DNA from: the human T2T-CHM13v2.0 reference genome, Homo sapiens
Length of the DNA stretch: 64,000 nt
Direction: 5' to 3' (one strand)
Assembly: GCF_009914755.1 (NCBI RefSeq)
Contig: NC_060937.1
Of this stretch, positions 31,701 through 46,400 are shown piece after piece (position 1 is the first letter of the stretch; each line of letters opens with the position of its first letter). The translations under genes and the position numbers were made by a program. Below the pieces are notes generated by a model. It was not told where the DNA came from. It saw nothing but the letters and a program-made list of their open reading frames with translations, and did not search any database.

Positions 31701-34700
31701 TATCAAAGTACCCAAACTATACATTATATACTGTACATAAAATATGAAATTACATCAAATATATATTATATTAGGTACATAAAATATGAAAGTACATCAA
31801 ATATAGATTATATACTGTACATAAAATACCAAAGAACCCCAAATATATATTATATACTGTACATGAAATATGAAAGTTCCCAAACTATATATTATATACT
31901 GTACATAAAATATCAAAGTACCCAATGTATATATTCTATACTGTACAAAAAATATCAAAGTACGCAAAGCATGTATTATATACTGTTAATAAAATATGAA
32001 AGTACATCAAATATATATTTTATTCTGTACATAAAATATCAAAGTACACCAAATATATATTCTATAGTGTACATAAAATATCAAAATACCCAAACTATAC
32101 ATTATATACTGTACATAAAATATGAAATTACATCAAATATATATTATAATAGGTACATAAAATATGAAAGTACATCAAATATAAATTATATACTGTACAT
32201 AAAATACCAAAGAACCCCAAATATATATTATATACTGTACATGAAATATCAAAGTTCACAAAGTATATATTATATACTGTATATAAAATATCAAAGTACC
32301 CAAGGTATATATTCTATACTGTACAAAAAATATCAAAGTACCCAAAGCATGTATTATATACTGTTCATAAAATATGAAAGTACATCAAATATATAATTTA
32401 TTCTGTACATAAAATATCAAAGTACACCAAATATATATTCTATAGTGTACATTAAATATCAAACTACCCAAACTATACATTATATACTGTACATAAAATA
32501 TGAAATTACATCAAATATATATTATATTAGGTACATAAAATATGAAAGTACATCAAATATAGATTATAAACTGTACATAAAATACCAAAGAACCCCAAAT
32601 ATATATTGTATACTGTACATGAAATATCAAAGTTCACAAACTATATATTATATACTGTACATAAAATATCAAAGTACCCAAGGTATATATTCTATACTGT
32701 ATAAAAAATATCTAAGTACCCAAGGCATGTATTATATACTGTTCATAAAATATGAAAGTACATCAAACATATATTTTATTCTGTACATAAAATATCAAGG
32801 TTCACTAAATATATATTCTATAGTGTACATAAAATATCAAACTACCCAAACTATACATTATATACTGTACATAAAATATGAAATTACATCAAATATATAT
32901 TATATTAGGTACATAAAATATGAAAGTACATCAAATACATATTATATACTGTACATAAAATACCAAATTACCCCAAATACATATTATATACTGTACATGA
33001 AATATCAAAGTTCACAAACTATATATTATATACTGTACATAAAATATCAAAGTACCCAAGGTATATATTCTATACTGTACAAAAAATATCAAAGTACGCA
33101 AAGCATGTATTATATAGTGTACATAAAATATGAAAGTACATCAAATATATATTTTATTCTGTACATAAAATATCAAAGTACACCAAATATATATTCTATA
33201 GTGTACATAAAATATCAAAGTACCCAAACTATACATTATATACTGTACATAAAACATGAAATTACATCCAATATATATTATATTAGGTACATAAAATATG
33301 AAAGTACATCAAATATAAATTATATACTGTACATAAAATACCAAAGTACCCCAAATATATATTATATACAGTACATGAAATATCAAAGTTCACAAACTAT
33401 ATATTATATACTGTACATAAAATATCAAAGTACACAAGGTATATATTCCATACTGTACAAAAAATATCAAAGTACCCAAAGCATGTATTATATACTGTTC
33501 AAAAAATATGAAATTACATCAAATATATATTTTATTCTGTACATAAAATACCAAAGTACACCAAATATATATTCTATAGTGTACATAAAATATCAAATTA
33601 CCCAAACTATACATTATATACTGTACATAAAATATGAAATTACATCAAAAATATATTATATTAGGTACATAAAATATGAAAGTACATCAAATATAAATTA
33701 TATACAGTACATAAAATATCAAAGTACCCCAAATATATATTATATACTGTACATGAAATATCAAAGTCCACAAACTATATATTATATACTGTACATAAAA
33801 TATCAAAGTACCCAAGGTATATATTCTATACTCTACAAAAAATATCAAAGTACCCAAAGCATGTATTATATACGGTACATAAAATATGAAAGTACATCAA
33901 ATATATATTTAATTCTGTACATAAAATATCAAAGTACACCAAATATATATTCTATAGTGTACATAAAATATCAAAGTACCCAAACTATACATTATATACT
34001 GTACATAAAATATGAAATTACATCAAATATATATTATATTAGGTACATAAAATATGAAAGTACATCAAATATAGATTATATACTGTACATAAAATACCAA
34101 AGAACCCCAAATATATATTATATACTGTACATGAAATATCAAAGTTCACAAACTATATATTATATACTGTACATAAAATATCAAAGTACCCAAGGTATAT
34201 ATTCTATACTGTACAAAAAATATCAAAGTACCCAAAGCATGTATTATATACTGTTAATAAAATATGAAAGTACATCAAATATATATTTTATTCTGTACAT
34301 AAAATATCAAAGTACACCAAATATATATTCTATAGTGTACATAAAATATCAAATTACCGAAACTATGCATTATATACTGTACATAAACTATGAAATTACA
34401 TCAAATATATATTATATTAGGTACATAAAATATGAAAGTACATCAAATATAGATTGTATACTGTGCATAGAATACCAAAGTACCCCAAATACATATTGCA
34501 TACTGTACATGAAATATCAAAGTTCACAAACTATATTTTATATACTGTACATAAAATATCAAAGTACCCAAGGTATATATTCTATACTGTACAAAAAATA
34601 TCAAAGTACCCAAAGCAAGTATTATATACTGTACATAAAATATGAAAGTACATCAAATGTGTATTTTATTCTGTACATATATCAAAGTACACCAAATATA

Positions 34701-37420
34701 TATTCTATAGTGTACATAAAATATCAAAGTACCCAAACTATACATTATATACTGTACATAAAATATGAAATTACATCAAATATATACTATATTATGTACA
34801 AAAAATATGAAAGTACATCAAATATAGATTATATACTGTACATAAAATACCAAAGTACCCCAAATAAATATTTTATACTGTACATGCAATATCAAAGTTC
34901 ACAAACTATATATTATATACTGTACATAAAATATCAAAGTACCGAAGGTATATATTCTATACTGTACAAAAAATATCAAAGTACCCAAAGCATGTATTAT
35001 ATACTGTACATAAAATATGAAAGTACATCAAATATATATTTTATTCTGTACATAAAATATCAAAGTACACCAAATATATATTCTATAGTGTACATAAAAT
35101 ATCAAAGTACCCAAACCATACATTATATACTGTACATAAAATATGAAATTACATCAAATATATATAATATTAGGTACATAAAATATGAAAGTACATCAAA
35201 TATAGATTATGTAGTGTACATAAAATACCAAAGTACCCCAAATATATATTATATACTGTACATGAAATATCAAAGTTCACAAACTATATATTATATACTG
35301 TACATAAAATATCAAGGTACCCAAGTTATATATTCTATACTCTACAAAAAATATCAAAGTACCCAAAGCATGTATTATATACTGTACATAAAATAAGAAA
35401 GTACATCAAATATATATTTAATTCTGTACATAAAATATCAAAGTACACCAAATATATATTCTATAGTGTACATAAAATATCAAAGTACCCAAACTATACA
35501 TTATATACTGTACATAAAATATGAAATTACGTCAAATATATATTATATTATGTACATAAAATATGAAAGTACATCAAATATAGATTATATACTGTACATA
35601 AAATACCAAAGAACCGCAAAAATATATTATATACTGTACATGAAATATCAAAGTTCACAAACTATATATTATATACTGTACATAAAATATCAAAGTACCC
35701 AAGGTATATATTCTATACTGTACAAAAAATATCAAAGTACCCAAAGCATGTATTATATACTGTACATAAAATATGAATGTACATCAAATATATATTTTAT
35801 TCTGTACATAAAATATCAAAGTACACTAAATATATATTCTATAGTGTACATAAAATATCAAAGTACCCAAACTATACATTATATACTGTACATAAAATAT
35901 GAAATTAGATCAAATATATATTATATTAGGTACATAAAATATGAAAGTACATCAAATATAAATTATATACTGTACATAAAATACCAAAGTACCCCAAATA
36001 TATATTATATACTGTACATGCAATATCAAAGTTCACAAACTATATATCATATACTGTATATAAAATATCAAAGTACCGAAGGTACATATTCTATACTGTA
36101 CAAAAAATATCAAAGTACCCAAAGCATGTATTATGTACTGTACATAAAATATGAAAGTACATCAAATATATATTTTATTCTGTACATTAAATATCAAAGT
36201 ACACCAAATATATATTCTATAGTGTACATAAAATATCAAAGTAACCAAACGATACATTATATACTGTACATAAAATATGAAATTACATCAATTATATATT
36301 ATATTAGGTACATAAAATATGAAAGTACATCAAATATAGATTGTATACTGTGCATAAAATACCAAAGTACCCCAAATACATATTATATACTGTACATGAA
36401 ATATGAAAGTTCACAAACTATATATTATATACTGTACATAAAATATCAAAGTACCCAAGGTATATATTCTATACTGTACAAAAAATATCAAAGTACCCAA
36501 AGCAAGTATTATATACTGTACATAAAATATGAAAGTACATCAAATATGTATTTTATTCTGTACATATAATATCAAAGTACACCAAATATATATTCTATAG
36601 TGTACATAAAATATCAAAGTACCCAAAGTATACATTAGAAACTGTACATAAAATATGAAATTACATCAAATATATACTATATTATGTACATAAAATATGA
36701 AAGTACATCAAATATAGATTATATACTGTATGTAAAACACTAAAGTACCCAAAATATATATTTTATACTGTACATGAAATATCAAAGTTCACAAACTATA
36801 TATTATATACTGTACATAAAATACCAAAGTACCGAAGGTATATATTCTATACTGTACAAAAAATATCAAAGTACCCAAAGCATGTATTATATACTGTACA
36901 TAAAATATGAAAGTACATCAAATATATATTTTATTCTGTACATAAAATATCAAAGTACACCAAATATATATTCTATAGTGTACATAAAATATCAAAGTAC
37001 CCAAACTATACATTATATACTGTACATAAAATATGAAATTACATCAAATATATATTATATTAGGTACATAAAATATGAAAGTACATCAAATATAAATTAT
37101 ATACTGTACATAAAATACCAAAGTACCCCAAATATATATTATATACTGTACATGAAATATCAAAGTTCACAAACTATATATTATATACTGTACATAAAAT
37201 ATCAAAGTACCCAAGGTATATATTCTATACTCTACAAAAAATATCAAAGTACCCAAAGCATGTATTATATACTGTACATAAAATATGAAAGTACATCAAA
37301 TATATATTTAATTCTGTACATAAAATATCAAAGTACACCAAATATATATTCTATAGTGTACATAAAATATCAAAGTAGCCAAACTATACATTATATACTG
37401 TACATAAAATATGAAATTAC
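28730..37420 (+). repeat. Unexpanded right copy of an 8,691-bp (23 HOR minus 3 bp) duplication; left copy is ~4,560-28,730
   Basis: Offsets 25763->34454, 26775->35466 and 28083->36774 (8691); 10152->29421 and 13176->32445 (19269); 5244->29421 (24177). Confidence 0.87.
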
Positions 37421-40400
37421 ATCAAATATATATTATATTATGTACATAAAATATGAAAGTACATCAAATATAGATTATATACTGTACATAAAATACCAAA
37501 GTACACCAAATATATATTTTATACTGTACATGAAATATCAAAGTTCACAAACTATATATTATATACTGTACATAAAATATCAAAGTACCCAAGGTATATA
37601 TTCTATACTGTGCAAAAAATATCAAAGTACCCAAAGCATGTATTATATACTGTACATAAAATATGAAAGTACATCAAATATATATTTTATTCTGTACATA
37701 AAATATCAAAGTACACTAAATATATATTCTATAGTGTACATAAAATATCAAAGTACCCAAACTATACATTATATACTGTACATAAAATATGAAATTACAT
37801 CAAATATATATTATATTAGGTACATAAAATATGAAAGTACATCAAATATAGATTATATACTGTACATAAAATACCAAAGTACCCCAAATACATATTATAT
37901 ACTGTACATGAAATATCAAAGTTCACAAACTATATATTATATACTGTACATAAAATATCAAAGTACCCAAGGTATATATTCTATACTGTACAAAAAATAT
38001 CAAAGTACCCCAAGCAAGTATTATATACTGTACATAAAATATGAAAGTACATCAAATATATATTTTATTCTGTACATAAAGTATCAAAGTACACCAAATA
38101 TATATCCTATAGTGTACATAAAATATCAAAGTACCCAAACTATACATTATATACTGTACATAAAATATGAAATTACATCAAATATATATTATATTAGGTA
38201 CTTAAAATATGAAAGTACATGAAATATAAATTATATACTGTACATAAAGTACCAAAGTACACCAAATATATATTATATACTGTACATGCTATATCAAAGT
38301 TCACAAACTATATATCATATACTGTACACAAAATATCAAAGTACCGAAGGTATATATTCTATAGTGTACAAAAAATATGAAAGTACGCAAAGCATGTATT
38401 ATATACTGTACATAAAATAAGAAAGTACATCAAATATATATTTTATTCTGTACATAAAATATCAAAGTACACCAAATATATATTCTATAGTGTACATAAA
38501 ATATCAAATTACCCAAACTATACATTATATACAGTACATAAAATATGAAATTACATCAAATATATATTATAATAGGTACATAAAATATGAAAGTACATCA
38601 AATATAAATTATATACTGTACATAAAATACCAAAGAACCCCAAATATATATTATATACTGTACATGAAATATCAAAGTTCACAAACTATATATTATATAC
38701 TGTATATAAAATATCAAAGTACCCAAGGTATATATTCTATACTGTACAAAAAATATCAAAGTACCCAAAGCATGTATTATATACTGTTCATAAAAGATGA
38801 AAGTACATCAAATATATATTTAATTCTGTACATAAAATATCAAAGTACACCAAATATATATTCTATAGTGTACATTAAATATCAAAGTACCCAAACTATA
38901 CATTATATACTGTACATAAAATATGAAATTACATCAAATATATATTATATTAGGTACATAAAATATGAAAGTACATCAAATATAGATTATATACTGTACA
39001 TAAAATACCAAAGTACCCCAAGTACATATTATATACTGTACATGAAATATCAAAGTTCACAAACTATATATTATATACTGTACATAAAATATCAAAGTAC
39101 CCAAGGTATATATTCTATACTGTACAAAAAATATCAAAGTACCCTAAGCAAGTATTATATACTGTACATAAAATATGAAAGTACATTAAATATATATTTT
39201 ATTCTGTACATAAAGTATCAAAGTACACCAAATATATATTCTATAGTGTACATAAAATATCAAAATACCCAAACTATACATTATATACTGTACATAAAAT
39301 ATGAAATTACATCAAATATATATTATATTAGGTACTTAAAATATGAAAGTACATCAAATATAAATTATATACTGTACATAAAATACCAAAATACCCCAAA
39401 TATATATTATATACTGTACATGCAATATCAAAGTTCACAAACTATATATCATATACTGTACATAAAATATCAAAGTACCGAAGGTATATATTCTATAGTG
39501 TACAAAAAATATGAAAGTACGCAAAGCATGTATTATATACTGTACATAAAATATGAAAGTACATCAAATATATATTTTATTCTGTACATAAAACTTCAAA
39601 GTACACCAAATATATATTCTATAGTGTACATAAAATATCAAAGTACCCAAACTATACATTATAAACTGTAGATAAAATATGAAATTACATCAAATATATA
39701 CTATATTATGTACATAAAATATGAAAGTACATCAAATATAGATTATATACTGTACATAAAATACCAAAGTACCCCAAATATATATTTTATACTGTACATG
39801 CAATATCAAAGTTCACAAACTATATATTCTATACTGTACATAAAATATCAAAGTACCCAAGGTATATATTCTATACTGTATAAAAAATATCAAAGTACGC
39901 AAAGCATGTATTATATACTGTACATAAAATATGAAAGTACATCAAATATATATTTTATTCTGTACATAAAATATCAAAGTACACCAAATATATATTCTAT
40001 AGTGTACATAAAATATCAAAGTACCCAAACTATACATTATATACTGTACATAAAATATGAAATTACATCAAATATATATTAAAATAGGTACATAAAATAT
40101 GAAAGTACATCAAATATAGATTATATACTGTACATAAAATATCAAAGTATCCCAAATATATATTATATACTGTACATGTAATATAAAAGTTCACAAACTA
40201 TATATTATATACTGTACATAAAATATCAAAGTACCCAAGGTATATATTCTATACTGTACAAAAAATATGAAATTACATCAAATATATATTATATTATGTA
40301 CATAAAATATGAAAGTACATCAAATATAGATTATATACTGTACATAAAATACCAAAGTACACCAAATATATATTTTATACTGTACATGCAATATCAAAGT

Positions 40401-43400
40401 TCACAAACTATATATTATATACTGTACATAAAATATCAAAGTACCCAAGGTATATATTCTATACTGTACAAAAAATATCAAAGTACCCAAAGCATGTATT
40501 ATATACTGTACATAAAATATGAAAGTACATCAAATATATATTTTATTCTGTACATAAAATATTAAAGTACACTAAATATATATTCTATAGTGTACATAAA
40601 ATATCAAAGTACCCAAACTATACATTATATACTGTACATAAAATATGAAATTACATCAAATATATATTATATTAGGTACATAAAATATGAAAGTACATCA
40701 AATATAGATTATATACTGTACATAAAATACCAAAGTAACCCAAATACATATTATATACTGTACATGAAATATCAAAGTTCACAAACTATTTATTATATAC
40801 TGTACATAAAATATCAAAGTACCCAAGGTATATATTCTATACTGTACAAAAAATATCAAAGTACCCAAAGCATGTATTATATTGTGTATATAAAATATGA
40901 AAGTACATCAAATATATATTTAATTCTGTACATAAAATATCAAAGTACACCAAATATATATTCTATAGTGTACATAAAATATCAAAGTACCCAAACTATA
41001 CATTATATACTGTACATAAAATATGAAATTACATCAAATATATATTATATTAGGTACATAAAATATGAAAGTACATCAAATATAGATTATATACTGTACA
41101 TAAAATACCAAAGAACCCCAAATATATATTATATACTGTACATGAAATATCAAAGTTCACAAACTATATATTATATACTGTACATAAAATATCAAAGTAC
41201 CCAAGGTATATATTCTATACTGTACAAAAAATACCAAAGTACCCAAAGCATGTATTATATACTGTTAATAAAATATGAAAGTACATCAAATATATATTTT
41301 ATTCTGTACATAAAATATCAAAGTAAACCAAATATATATTCTATAGTGTACATAAAATATCAAATTACCCAAACTATACATTATATACTGTACATAAAAT
41401 ATGAAATTACATCAAATATATATTATATTAGGTACTTAAAATATGAAAGTACGTCAAATATAAATTATATACTGTACATAAAATACCAAAATACCCCAAA
41501 TATATATTATATACTGTACATGCAATATCAAAGTTCACAAACTATATATCATATACTGTACATAAAATATCAAAGTACCGAAGGTATATATTCTATAGTG
41601 TACAAAAAATATGAAAGTACGCAAAGCATGTATTATATACTGTACATAAAATATGAAAGTACATCAAATATATATTTTATTCTGTACATAAAACATCAAA
41701 GTACACCAAATATATATTCTATAGTGTACATAAAATATCAAAGTACCCAAACTATACATTATAAACTGTAGATAAAATATGAAATTACATCAAATATATA
41801 CTATATTATGTACATAAAATATGAAAGTACATCAAATATAGATTATATACTGTACATAAAATACCAAAGTACCCCAAATATATATTTTATACTGTACATG
41901 CAACATCAAAGTTCACAAACTATATATTATATACTGTACATAAAATATCAAAGTACCCAAGGTATATATTCTATACTGTATAAAAAATATCAAAGTACGC
42001 AAAGCATGTATTATATACTGTACATAAAATATGAAAGTACATCAAATATATATTTTATTCTGTACATAAAATATCAAAGTACACCAAATATATATTCTAT
42101 AGTGTACATAAAATATCAAAGTACCCAAACTATACATTATATACTGTACATAAAATATGAAATTACATCAAATATATATTAAAATAGGTACATAAAATAT
42201 GAAAGTACATCAAATATAGATTATATACTGTACATAAAATATCAAAGTATCCCAAATATATATTATATACTGTACATGAAATATAAAAGTTCACAAACTA
42301 TATATTATATACTGTACATAAAATATCAAAGTACCCAAGGTATATATTCTATACTGTACAAAAAATATGAAATTACATCAAATATATATTATATTATGTA
42401 CATAAAATATGAAAGTACATCAAATATAGATTATATACTGTACATAAAATACCAAAGTACACCAAATATATATTTTATACTGTACATGCAATATCAAAGT
42501 TCACAAACTATATATTATATACTGTACATAAAATATCAAAGTACCCAAGGTATATATTCTATACTGTACAAAAAATATCATAGTACCCAAAGCATGTATT
42601 ATATACTGTACATAAAATATGAAAGTACATCAAATATATATTTTATTCTGTACATAAAATATTAAAGTACACTAAATATATATTCTATAGTGTACATAAA
42701 ATATCAAAGTACCCAAACTATACATTATATACTGTACATAAAATATGAAATTACATCAAATATATATTATATTAGGTACATAAAATATGAAAGTACATCA
42801 AATATAGATTATATACTGTACATAAAATACCAAAGTACCCCAAATACATATTATATACTGTACATGAAATATCAAAGTTCACAAACTATTTATTATATAC
42901 TGTACATAAAATATCAAAGTACCCAAGGTATATATTCTATACTGTACAAAAAATATCAAAGTACCCAAAGCATGTATTATATTGTGTATATAAAATATGA
43001 AAGTACATCAAATATATATTTAATTCTGTACATAAAATATCAAAGTACACCAAATATATATTCTATAGTGTACATAAAATATCAAAGTACCCAAACTATA
43101 CATTATATACTGTACATAAAATATGAAATTACATCAAATATATATTATATTAGGTACATAAAATATGAAAGTACATCAAATATAGATTATATACTGTACA
43201 TAAAATACCAAAGAACCCCAAATATATATTATATACTGTACATGAAATATCAAAGTTCACAAACTATATATTATATACTGTACATAAAATATCAAAGTAC
43301 CCAAGGTATATATTCTATACTGTACAAAAAATACCAAAGTACCCAAAGCATGTATTATATACTGTTAATAAAATATGAAAGTACATCAAATATATATTTT

Positions 43401-46400
43401 ATTCTGTACATAAAATATCAAAGTACACCAAATATATATTCTATAGTGTACATAAAATATCAAATTACCCAAACTATACATTATATACTGTGCATAAAAT
43501 ATGAAATTACATCAAATATATATTATATTAGGTGCATAAAATATGAAAGTACATCAAATATAAATTATATACTGTACATAAAATATCAAAGTACCCCAAA
43601 TATATATTATATACTGTACATGAAATATCAAAGTTCACAAACTATATATTATATACTGTACATAAAATATCAAAGTACCCAAGGTATATATTCTATACTG
43701 TACAAAAAATATCAAAGTACCCAAAGCATGTATTATATAGTGTATATAAAATATGAAAGAACATCAAATATATATTTTATTCTGTACATAAAATATCAAA
43801 GTACACCAAATATATATTCTATAGTGTACAAAAAATATCAAATTACCCAAACTATGCATTATATACTGTACATAAACTATGAAATTACATCAAATATATA
43901 TTATATTAGGTACATAAAATATGAAAGTACATCAAATATAGATTGTATACTGTGCATAGAATACCAAAGTACCCCAAATACATATTGTATACTGTACATG
44001 AAATATCAAAGTTCACAAACTATATTTTATATACTGTACATAAAATTTCAAAGTACCCAAGGTATATATTCTATACTGTACAAAAAATATCAAAGTACCC
44101 AAAGCAAGTATTATATACTGTACATAAAATATGAAAGTACATCAAATGTGTATTTTATTCTGTACATATATCAAAGTACACCAAATATATATTCTATAGT
44201 GTACATAAAATATCAAAGTACCCAAACTATACATTATATACTGTACATAAAATATGAAATTACATCAAATATATACTATATTATGTACAAAAAATATGAA
44301 AGTACATCAAATATAGATTATATACTGTACATAAAATACCAAAGTACCCCAAATAAATATTTTATACTGTACATGCAATATCAAAGTTCACAAACTATAT
44401 ATTATATACTGTACATAAAATATCAAAGTACCGAAGGTATATATTCTATACTGTACAAAAAATATCAAAGTACCCAAAGCATGTATTATATACTGTACAT
44501 AAAATATGAAAGTACATCAAATATATATTTTATTCTGTACATAAAATATCAAAGTACACCAAATATATATTCTATAGTGTACATAAAATATCAAAGTACC
44601 CAAACCATACATTATATACTGTACATAAAATATGAAATTACATCAAATATATATTATATTAGGTACATAAAATATGAAAGTACATCAAATATAGATTATA
44701 TAGTGTACATAAAATACCAAAGTACCCCAAATATATATTATATACTGTACATGAAATATCAAAGTTCACAAACTATATATTATATACTGTACATAAAATA
44801 TCAAGGTACCCAAGGTATATATTCTATACTCTACAAAAAATATCAAAGTACCCAAAGCATGTATTATATACTGTACATAAAATAAGAAAGTACATCAAAT
44901 ATATATTTAATTCTGTACATAAAATATCAAAGTACACCAAATATATATTCTATAGTGTACATAAAATATCAAAGTACCCAAACTATACATTATATACTGT
45001 ACATAAAATATGAAATTACGTCAAATATATATTATATTATGTACATAAAATATGAAAGTACATCAAATATAGATTATATACTGTACATAAAATACCAAAG
45101 AACCGCAAATATATATTATATACTGTACATGAAATATCAAAGTTCACAAACTATATATTATATACTGTACATAAAATATCAAAGTACCCAAGGTATATAT
45201 TCTATACTGTACAAAAAATATCAAAGTACCCAAAGCATGTATTATATACTGTACATAAAATATGAACGTACATCAAATATATATTTTATTCTGTACATAA
45301 AATATCAAAGTACACTAAATATATATTCTATAGTGTACATAAAATATCAAAGTACCCAAACTATACATTATATACTGTACATAAAATATGAAATTACATC
45401 AAATATATATTATATTAGGTACATAAAATATGAAAGTACATCAAATATAAATTATATACTGTACATAAAATACCAAAGTACCCCAAATATATATTATATA
45501 CTGTACATGCAATATCAAAGTTCACAAACTATATATCATATACTGTACATAAAATATCAAAGTACCGAAGGTACATATTCTATACTGTACAAAAAATATC
45601 AAAGTACCCAAAGCATGTATTATATACTGTACATAAAATATGAAAGTACATCAAATATATATTTTATTCTGTACATTAAATATCAAAGTACACCAAATAT
45701 ATATTCTATAGTGTACATAAAATATCAAAGTACCCAAACGATACATTATATACTGTACATAAAATATGAAATTACATCAATTATATATTATATTAGGTAC
45801 ATAAAATATGAAAGTACATCAAATATAGATTGTATACTGTGCATAAAATACCAAAGTACCCCAAATACATATTATATACTGTACATGAAATATGAAAGTT
45901 CACAAACTATATATTATATACTGTACATAAAATATCAAAGTACCCAAGGTATATATTCTATACTGTACAAAAAATATCAAAGTACCCAAAGCAAGTATTA
46001 TATACTGTACATAAAATATGAAAGTACATCAAATATGTATTTTATTCTGTACATATAATATCAAAGTACACCAAATATATATTCTATAGTGTACATAAAA
46101 TATCAAAGTACCCAAACTATACATTAGAAACTGTACATAAAATATGAAATTACATCAAATATATACTATATTATGTACATAAAATATGAAAGTACATCAA
46201 ATATAGATTATATACTGTATGTAAAACACCAAAGTACCCCAAATATATATTTTATACTGTACATGAAATATCAAAGTTCACAAACTATATGTTATATACT
46301 GTACATAAAATACCAAAGTACCAAAGGTATATATTCTATACTGTACAAAAAATATCAAAGTACCCAAAGCATGTATTATATACTGTACATAAAATATGAA

